From the IMG/VR virus record IMGVR_UViG_3300005856_000048, positions 1 to 14,966 of that record: a DNA stretch of 14,966 nucleotides, one strand, 5' to 3'. The notes below the pieces were generated by a model that was given only the letters and a program-made list of their open reading frames with translations, did no database searches and was not told the origin of the DNA. Shown piece by piece: positions 1 to 7,151 of this stretch; the stretch's first letter is position 1; each line of letters opens with the position of its first letter. A program made the position numbers and the translations under genes.

Positions 1-1898
1 CGTGTGAACCACCTGATGTATGCCCTTATTGCCACGTAGTCTTCCCACAGTTTAGCCCAGTCGTTGGGTATCCTCATTAATTGTATTATTTGCGGTAGCT
101 TATCCATGAATTGGGGTAAGTATTCACTTAACACGGGCATTTCTAAAATGGTGGGGTAGTATGGTGGGGAGTATGCCTTAACTAGGGCATTGGCGAAATC
201 AACGTCTATCCCGTTTGCTAACAATACCTGTAACGCATTCTCAGGTGTTGTTGCATGCCTACCTAGCCATATGCGGGCATAGGTTTCAAAGTTCCTTAGT
301 AAATATCTATGGTAGACTAGATTGGCTATGAATAGGAAGACTTCCCTTGCTTGCGGTGTTTCTCTCATTAACGTTGTTAATTCATCAATGTACTTGGGGA
401 TCTCTGTCTTTGGAATAAGCCCCATGCCTATTATACCCAGGATCCTATACAACGCATACCTTGCGTAGTACCTTATCCTACGGAATGTACCAATCAGTTG
501 CTCTACCTCAAAGTATTTGGCTATGGCGTCGTTGAATGCTGAATCCCAAGTTAGGTGCATTTCCGCACCTGTAATGGATTTGTACAGTGGTGCGTAGTAT
601 TTGTCTAACACAGTTGTGACGTAGCCAACCATATCGTTTATTGAGTCACTGATACCGATCAAGTAGTCTCTGACTCCTGCTAGTAATGCCCTAAACATGT
701 TGCTCATATACGTGTTCACCTTATCCATTAATGCCCTTAGCATTAGTAACTTAGATTCTGGTTCAATGTACCTCACGGGTGCGTTTAACCAACCCGTCAC
801 CCATTTCTGATTATACATGTCAAAGTAGGCTACGTGGACTGATACGGGGAACATGTTGTTCATCATTTGCAATGTGACGGGTATTAACTCTATGTTTTCT
901 CTAATTAGATTCAGCAATCCTGTCCTTAGTAGGGTTTTTGATGCTGTAGTGACGTCAAAGACGGCTCTTAGGGCTATTAATGGGGCTACGTATGGGTGGA
1001 AGCCCCTGGCCATTAACACGTTTGTGACGTAATCAGTGTATATTTGGATTGGTGACGTGGCTTGGGGTTCCACAACCTTACCCAGCACGTCATACATTGT
1101 TGTCTCGTTTGTGATCTTATACTCACGTTCATAGTAGTCCCATATACCATGCCTAACCAGGTGTTCAATGTCGGTTCTGTCTAATAGGTGTGCTGATTGG
1201 TCTATGATTAACCATGCATCGGATGTGTATGATTGACCTGTCCTTGGGTCGTTGATCCATGCAAAGTGAGCTCTACCATGCCATTTCTGATATTCCGCTA
1301 GGGCTAGCAGGGCTAGGTTGTATTGGAAGTTGAGTTTAGCGGGTACCTGTGGGGTGAATGCGTTGATGATTTTAGCTTCAGCTTCCGCAAAGGTTTGGAC
1401 TTCAGGTGGTGGGACATACCAGGCGAATCCCGATAATGCACGCATTGTAAAGTCCCATACCTGGGTTGCTGATGGCAATTCATAAGCCCTTAGGTAGTAC
1501 ATGTAGGCTACGTCGGGTGGAACACCCCTGGCCCACATTGCCTTGACAAACGACTGATATGCTAATGCGGGTTGCTGATTAGGTGGTGCTGATGCAGGTA
1601 GGAATAAGTCCCTTAGCATGAATTCAACCAGGTCGTGGGTAGTGGGTAATTCGAATAGTGGGGCAACAGGTAGGTATCTTACGTTGCCGAATTTATCAAC
1701 CACGGTGATTAAATTGTTTTGTATTTCCTTCCTGTAGTCACTTAATGCCTGGTTGGCAACGTCTATGGATGTGAATGCTGATGGTAATGCTATTGTCTTT
1801 GCAATGAACCAGTATGGGAAGCCTCTATAAATCATTGTATTTGCCACGTTGTTAATGTTCTGTGTGATATCAAACCTACGGGCTATGTCAAGTAATTC
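1..1898 (-). CDS. C-terminal part of the giant minor structural protein (alpha-helical repeats); runs off the left edge
   Basis: Manual translation gives a frame open from 1913 to base 1 (~630 codons): ELLDIARRFDITQNINNVANTMIYRGFPYW...LFELPTTHDLVEFMLRD...YELPSATQVWDFTMR...AIRAYIRWFT. Not in the ORF track, probably because it has no stop in the window. Independent starts are possible (GTG 1847, ATG 1835), but it more likely continues the 774-aa ORF via a -1 shift. Confidence 0.85.
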
Positions 1899-4207
1899 GT
1901 ATGTGACGGTAGTTCAAAGGGCATGTTGCCCATTCCCATTGAGTAGAATGTTAGCCACCACACGTAGCGCCACAGGTAGCGTAGCGGTTCCATGAATGCT
2001 AATGTTCCGCTTAGCGCCATGCCTCTTCCCAATTCATCGCCTAGTTTACCCAATAGATCACCGATTGGTTGTAGTAGTTTCCCTAGTTCTAAACGGATCT
2101 TTAGACCTATGCCTAATGGTGTTAAATCAACTTCCTGTGTCCCAGTTGCTGACCCTATTTTCTCGATTAGTTTCCCTAGGAAGTATATGGATGATGCTAT
2201 TGCGGTTGATATAATAGCCACCGCACCGAATGCGCCTGTTAGGTTTGGTATTGCTACTTTAACGGGGTCTACACCTGACTTTATTACGATGTATGGTTCA
2301 TTTTTGAACACGTCACGTGACATCATAGCGGGTATTTCGGTAATCATCACAGGTAGGAAGATGGCTTTCATTGCACCGTCCACAATACCCTTTGCGAAAT
2401 CCGTTATTCCACTTCCCAAGTTGCCTAAGCCACCTGCTAGCGTTTGCGCTAGTTTAATGAAACCTGAGCCTAGTCCCTGGATTTCATTGACTATCCAGTT
2501 GAATATGTCCTTTAGCGTGTCGTAGAATGACTTAAACGCATTCTCAAACCCCTTGCCGATTGACTCAAATAATTTGATTATTTGTTGCACTACTGGGTTT
2601 TTGCCTAGATTCTCAAAGAACTTGGCTACGTTGCTGAAGAAATCGGTGATTGCCTTGATGTTGATTGTTTTTAGGAAGTCCATGAATGCCTTATACACGG
2701 CGTCAAAGACTTCCTTGGGTATTTGGGATATTGTTTTTGGTAGGTTTTCTATTGCCTTTATGAATCCCTGGAATGACTTATTGATATCATTGAATAGTGT
2801 TTCAAACCCTGAACCTATGGTTCCCAAGTTGCTTACAATTGAACCACTGATTGACGTGAATGTTGCGGTTAATGCATTTGCGAATCCCTGGGCTTCCTTT
2901 ATGAATTTCTCAAAGTTTGACTCAATGCCTTTAACAAATCCCTCAATGTCCTTGCCTAGGGTTGTGAAAAAGCCCGTTACCTTACTGTATGCTTCCTTTC
3001 CGAAATTCTCAATGTCTTTGCCTATTGTTGTAAAGAATGATTCAACGTCTTTAATGAATCCTTGGATGTACTTGCCTGCATCTGTTAATGCACCGTATAT
3101 CATCTTGCCGAATGATTCAACGTCACTGATGAATTGTTTGAAATACTTGCCTGCTGTGTCTATGAAATCGCTAATGTACTTGCCGATTGCCGTGAATGTG
3201 TTCCTTATGTCGTTGCCTATGGTGGTGAACACATTGCTTAACGTGGATGCGAATGACTCAATGCCGTGTAGAATATCCGTTGCTATGTGGGTGAATGTTG
3301 ATTGGACTGTGGATGCGAATGACGTTATTGCGTTGATTGCCGTGGTTATGAATGACTCGATGCGTGGGAATACTATGGATTGTAATACGTGTGCGAATTG
3401 GGATAGTGCGTTTTGTATGGTTGATCCGATTGAGGTTATTGCGTTGATGATACTCGATACTGCATTTTGCACTACACCGCTGATCTGTGTTATGATGCCA
3501 CTTAGCGTTGATGTGAATGATGCGAATGCGGTTTGGATTGTTGATGCAATGCTTGATATTGTTGAAATCACACCTGATAGTGCGTTTTGGATTGATGAAA
3601 CTATGCTTGTTATTGTTGATACTATGCCCGATAGTGTTGATTGGATTGTTGATGATAATTGTGTGGCTAAGCCACCGATTGCCGATGCCAGGTTACTGAA
3701 TTGGCTTGATATTGTCGTTGCAATGCTACTTAAGCTTGATGCCAAGTTACTGAGCCCTGAGCTAACGGTTGATGCAATGCCTGATAATGCCGATGTTATG
3801 CTTGATGCCACGGATTGGAACGTGTTAGCTAAGTTACCTAACCCTGATTGGATTCCGCTTAATGCGCTTGATAATGATGAACTCAATGAGTTTAAAGCCG
3901 ATTGGACTGTTGATGATAGTGTTGATATTCCACTTGATACGTAACTCACGACACTGTTGATTGCGTTTATAACGGGCTGTAGCAATTGCTGAATCCCAGT
4001 TGTAATGTAGTTTGCTAGGTTTGTTAATTGTTGCGCTAGCCAATTTTCTAATTGCCCGATTGGATCAGTTAAGCCACCATATTCAACAATCGCATTGTTG
4101 ATGTCTTCCATTGTTAATTGTGATAATGCCTTCTCAATGATGCCGTTGTTTAGGTTGTTTTGGATTAGGATGCGTATTTCATCGGGATTAAAGAATGGGG
4201 TGTCCAT
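1883..4207 (-). CDS. N-terminal part of giant tape-measure-like / terminal filament protein (774 aa up to the frameshift)
   Basis: Long amphipathic S/T/A/G-rich, then F/K/D/E-rich quasi-repeats (TAGKYFKQFISDVESF / DAGKYIQGFIKDVESF; TIGKDIENFGK / TLGKDIEGFVK), followed by hydrophobic segments. ATG overlaps the upstream stop (TAATG). Confidence 0.8.
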   Translation of the reverse strand: MDTPFFNPDEIRILIQNNLNNGIIEKALSQLTMEDINNAIVEYGGLTDPIGQLENWLAQQLTNLANYITTGIQQLLQPVINAINSVVSYVSSGISTLSSTVQSALNSLSSSLSSALSGIQSGLGNLANTFQSVASSITSALSGIASTVSSGLSNLASSLSSIATTISSQFSNLASAIGGLATQLSSTIQSTLSGIVSTITSIVSSIQNALSGVISTISSIASTIQTAFASFTSTLSGIITQISGVVQNAVSSIINAITSIGSTIQNALSQFAHVLQSIVFPRIESFITTAINAITSFASTVQSTFTHIATDILHGIESFASTLSNVFTTIGNDIRNTFTAIGKYISDFIDTAGKYFKQFISDVESFGKMIYGALTDAGKYIQGFIKDVESFFTTIGKDIENFGKEAYSKVTGFFTTLGKDIEGFVKGIESNFEKFIKEAQGFANALTATFTSISGSIVSNLGTIGSGFETLFNDINKSFQGFIKAIENLPKTISQIPKEVFDAVYKAFMDFLKTINIKAITDFFSNVAKFFENLGKNPVVQQIIKLFESIGKGFENAFKSFYDTLKDIFNWIVNEIQGLGSGFIKLAQTLAGGLGNLGSGITDFAKGIVDGAMKAIFLPVMITEIPAMMSRDVFKNEPYIVIKSGVDPVKVAIPNLTGAFGAVAIISTAIASSIYFLGKLIEKIGSATGTQEVDLTPLGIGLKIRLELGKLLQPIGDLLGKLGDELGRGMALSGTLAFMEPLRYLWRYVWWLTFYSMGMGNMPFELPSHTNYLT

Positions 4208-4434
4208 TATCTTCCACCCCTGGCGATTTGCTTACCGTAGTTTGCCTTGGCTAACTCATACAGCATGATTTCCTGCATTATCTTTTTTTCTAATTCCTTG
4301 GTGTTGTGGAAGTCCAGGGGGAATGCGTTTGATACCCAATTATCATCATCATCAATAATTTGCACTGAGGCTATGTAGTGCGGATCCCATGGTACATTGG
4401 CTTTATGGATCTCTCTAATGATTACCTTAACCAC
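4207..4434 (-). CDS. Small hypothetical protein (75 aa) translationally coupled to the giant protein
   Basis: GTG start 24 nt downstream of the conserved 13-mer; its TAA overlaps the next ATG at 4207. Confidence 0.8.
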   Translation of the reverse strand: MVKVIIREIHKANVPWDPHYIASVQIIDDDDNWVSNAFPLDFHNTKELEKKIMQEIMLYELAKANYGKQIARGGR

Positions 4435-4457
4435 GGTTTTGAGAATTAATAAAGTTC

Positions 4458-4470
4458 AATTTATTTTTAA
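4458..4470 (-). promoter_or_regulatory. Conserved promoter motif TTAAAAATAAATT
   Basis: Exact consensus copy, 24 nt upstream of GTG 4434. Confidence 0.75.
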
Positions 4471-4493
4471 TGACAGGTGGGGTTAGTATTCGA

Positions 4494-5180
4494 TTATTTG
4501 GATGATCCAGTTGTCGTTTGACCTTGGCTTGGTTGCTGTGTTGGGAAAGGGGATGATGCTGGGGCTATGGTTGTTACTTCCACCTCAGGTGGCTTGGCGT
4601 ATTGTGCAAGTGTAGCCTTTAGTCTATCGCTCATTAATTGACGGATGTCATTATTAACTAACTGGAGACCGTAAAGTGACAGTAGCGTATTCATAAAGTA
4701 AATATTGTTATCAACCTGCTTATTGTAAATGTTTAAGTACCTGTCCTCAGTATAATGCCTATGCATAGTATCCTGTTGAATAAGTGAGAAATACTTATTA
4801 TCCATATCCATAGTGTGACGGGTTGATTCAGCATTGAGAGCCGTGGCTACGTTAAGAGCCGTGGTGGTAGCGGCCACCAACTGATTCATGTTATTAGTCT
4901 GTGAGTTTAGTGCTTGGATTTGGGCTTGGGTTAGCTGGGTTTGGTTGTTTGTGGTGTTGATGGACATGAATATGTAGACACCCAGTGCTATCACCACGGC
5001 TAGGATTAGTATGATGATGCCAGCTGTTATGGGGTCTATGTAGATAACATACCCATTGGATGTTGTTGTGGATTGTGCAAACACTATGTGTGGGTTAGCC
5101 ACCATTAACATGGCTATTATTGACATTACTACCGCTAACTTGCGCTTATCCATGCTTAGGAGACCTGTGAGTGGGTTCAT
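4494..5180 (-). CDS. Membrane protein (228 aa): signal-peptide-like N-terminus, TM helix, Q/N-rich helical region
   Basis: MDKRKLAVVMSIIAMLMVANPHIVFA|QS signal-like segment; hydrophobic ITAGIIILILAVVIALGVYIFMSI; P/T/Q/S-rich tail. Confidence 0.8.
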   Translation of the reverse strand: MNPLTGLLSMDKRKLAVVMSIIAMLMVANPHIVFAQSTTTSNGYVIYIDPITAGIIILILAVVIALGVYIFMSINTTNNQTQLTQAQIQALNSQTNNMNQLVAATTTALNVATALNAESTRHTMDMDNKYFSLIQQDTMHRHYTEDRYLNIYNKQVDNNIYFMNTLLSLYGLQLVNNDIRQLMSDRLKATLAQYAKPPEVEVTTIAPASSPFPTQQPSQGQTTTGSSK

Positions 5181-5206
5181 ATCGTTTTTAATTGACTGTG
5201 TTGTGT

Positions 5207-5219
5207 AATTTATTTTTAA
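5207..5219 (-). promoter_or_regulatory. Conserved promoter motif TTAAAAATAAATT
   Basis: Exact copy, 27 nt upstream of ATG 5180. Confidence 0.75.
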
Positions 5220-5228
5220 TCTGGGTAA

Positions 5229-6005
5229 CTATGGTTTGTTTAGCGGTGTTGGGTAGACCATTGAGCCACTGCACCCTGGGATTCCTGCTTTATCTATGAA
5301 CTGTATTAATAATGCGGGTTCTAGGAGGGCATACTTATCATCACCGTAATTGACAAAGGACTTCCCAACGTCTAAGCCGATTGCGTGTGTTACATAACCC
5401 CAGTATGTGCAATTTAACGTGAGTTTAACATTAACAAGCGCCTTCAAGTCATCCTCAGGCATGTTGGGTGTTGCTAACGCTATGCCTAGGCAATTTTGTT
5501 GGTTAGCGTATAGACAGTTGCCTGCAACGTAGATGGCTCTGGGGTATGGTTCATCGGTTTGGAAGTTGATTGGCGTTGGTGCTTGGAATGTGGCGTAGCC
5601 GTAGTCGTATGGTGACGGTATTTCAATGTTGAAAAAGAGTAGGATGTTCCATATCCATTGTGGGAAGGTGATGGGGTATGTGATTTGAATGTTGCTTAGC
5701 CTGTATGTTGCGTTGCCGTATTGTAAAGTGTCTACGCATTTCATGACATGCCCAGCACTAACAACCGTGTTATTCATTATTTCATAAACTGAGCCACCGC
5801 ATGAACCAGTCAATTTTGGGTATTCACCGTTTGCGTGAAAAAAATCACTCTCACTAATAATAACCTTCCTTCCCTTTTTATCATAGAGTCCATCGGCTTT
5901 TTGAATGAATATTCCCTTGGTTACTAGGTCTTGGATTGTTATGCCGTCCTTAAGCTGAATAACTATGGTTTTGTCTCCTTGGAATAGGGTTTTGAACCGT
6001 GGCAT
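5229..6005 (-). CDS. Chymotrypsin/trypsin-like serine protease (258 aa)
   Basis: SCGGS, VVSAGHV (His86), YDYGY (Asp134) and PGCSGSMVY (Ser246) occur in canonical order and spacing. GGTGA SD at 6009-6013. Confidence 0.75.
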   Translation of the reverse strand: MPRFKTLFQGDKTIVIQLKDGITIQDLVTKGIFIQKADGLYDKKGRKVIISESDFFHANGEYPKLTGSCGGSVYEIMNNTVVSAGHVMKCVDTLQYGNATYRLSNIQITYPITFPQWIWNILLFFNIEIPSPYDYGYATFQAPTPINFQTDEPYPRAIYVAGNCLYANQQNCLGIALATPNMPEDDLKALVNVKLTLNCTYWGYVTHAIGLDVGKSFVNYGDDKYALLEPALLIQFIDKAGIPGCSGSMVYPTPLNKP

Positions 6006-6028
6006 GGTTCACCTTACCCATGCCGTGT

Positions 6029-6041
6029 AATTTATTTTTAA
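6029..6041 (-). promoter_or_regulatory. Conserved promoter motif TTAAAAATAAATT
   Basis: Exact copy, 24 nt upstream of ATG 6005. 6025-6042 is identical over 18 nt to 5203-5220. Confidence 0.75.
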
Positions 6042-6068
6042 TTAAACAATACTACTTGGCTTAACGTT

Positions 6069-7112
6069 TTAATCAATAAGTGATAATGCAATTGTTGGCA
6101 TGATACCGCTTGGTGGTGCGTCGTAAAAGGCAATTGTGTATGTTGTGTAGCTTGATGTTCCACTGCTTGGGTGTCCCGTATAAAATGATACCTGTGTTAA
6201 TGTTGATAATGTAAATGTACTATCTGTGGCTGAGAGAGACTTCCCAGTGAGTGATTCATATGTATACAGGTTTGATGTAGTTGTGTAGTTCCACATGAAA
6301 TAGCCGTAGAATAATTTATTCAGTATGGCGCTGTCACTTACGCTAACTATGCCATTCCATGAGCCATTAACAATCTTTGCCAAGCCATCAGCTGTATTTC
6401 CTACCCCCCACCAGTATGCTTGATATACATTCATGCTACTTGTGTTAATATTATTACCATAGAGGAATCCATATTCAGCGCCACCATTTGTTCCTACACT
6501 GTTTACAAGTGCCCATGTGCGTCCTATGATACCTGTTGATGGTACATTGGATGGTGTTGCTATGAGACCAGTAGAATTCTGGCTACTGGTTACTGTCATT
6601 GTTATCCCGTTGTTTACGCTTATTGTGCCATTACCGTACGTAGTCCATATGCTTGATAGTGTTGTTCCCTTGAAATTATCATAGATTAGGAATACGTTTT
6701 TGCCGTTGTCAAGTTGCCCGTAGGATAAGCCTAGGTAGTTTTGCCCGTAGATTGCGTTAATGCCTGCTATGTTGCCGTCTACTAGTTGTTGCATGGTGTC
6801 TATGATCATGTAAAGCGTGTAGGTGGAATTAGCACCAATGGATGGTGTCTTAACGAACCACCTGTGGTATGCCCCATCATACCCATCATACCATGAGTAT
6901 GCCTGGGTATTTGCCTGTGGGTCATAGAAAATAGTGTTTAGCGGTACCGCATAGGGGTCAATACCAACACCAAGTAGTGAAAGCAAGTAACTATGGTCTA
7001 TTTTGATTTCCTGGACATGTGGGTTTACGGTTGCAGTTGATTGACCGTTTGATATAGTTACCTTGATTACACGCTTCCTAACAGGTAGTATGGTGTATTC
7101 TAGGTCTGGCAT
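6069..7112 (-). CDS. DUF2341-like protein with ConA-like beta-sandwich; putative receptor-binding protein (347 aa)
   Basis: FYDPQANTQAYSWYDG...WFVKTPSIGANSTYTLYM fits the DUF2341 pattern. DNGKNVFLIYDNFKGTTLSSIW is a typical linker into a lectin-like domain. C-terminal PPSGIMP. Confidence 0.7.
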   Translation of the reverse strand: MPDLEYTILPVRKRVIKVTISNGQSTATVNPHVQEIKIDHSYLLSLLGVGIDPYAVPLNTIFYDPQANTQAYSWYDGYDGAYHRWFVKTPSIGANSTYTLYMIIDTMQQLVDGNIAGINAIYGQNYLGLSYGQLDNGKNVFLIYDNFKGTTLSSIWTTYGNGTISVNNGITMTVTSSQNSTGLIATPSNVPSTGIIGRTWALVNSVGTNGGAEYGFLYGNNINTSSMNVYQAYWWGVGNTADGLAKIVNGSWNGIVSVSDSAILNKLFYGYFMWNYTTTSNLYTYESLTGKSLSATDSTFTLSTLTQVSFYTGHPSSGTSSYTTYTIAFYDAPPSGIMPTIALSLID

Positions 7113-7134
7113 TGTGTTTAGTTGATTGGTGATG

Positions 7135-7147
7135 TATTTGTTTTTAA
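7135..7147 (-). promoter_or_regulatory. Promoter motif variant TTAAAAACAAATA
   Basis: 2 mismatches to consensus, 23 nt upstream of ATG 7112. Confidence 0.65.
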
Positions 7148-7151
7148 CCCG

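Noticed and set aside
1914-1921. CCCTTTG (minus strand) as a programmed -1 slippery site
   Set aside because: It is read CCC-TTT-GAA, which is out of phase for X-XXY-YYZ slippage, and the -1 frame has a TGA at 1914-1916.
1992-2525. 177-aa and 72-aa plus-strand ORFs (also 3517-3699 + and 3834-4043 -)
   Set aside because: Entirely within the 774-aa gene, with no independent signals or recognisable motifs.
2553-3944. 463-aa plus-strand ORF
   Set aside because: Antisense shadow of the repetitive, codon-biased tape-measure-like gene; no promoter motif or SD; unnatural M/D/V/N composition.
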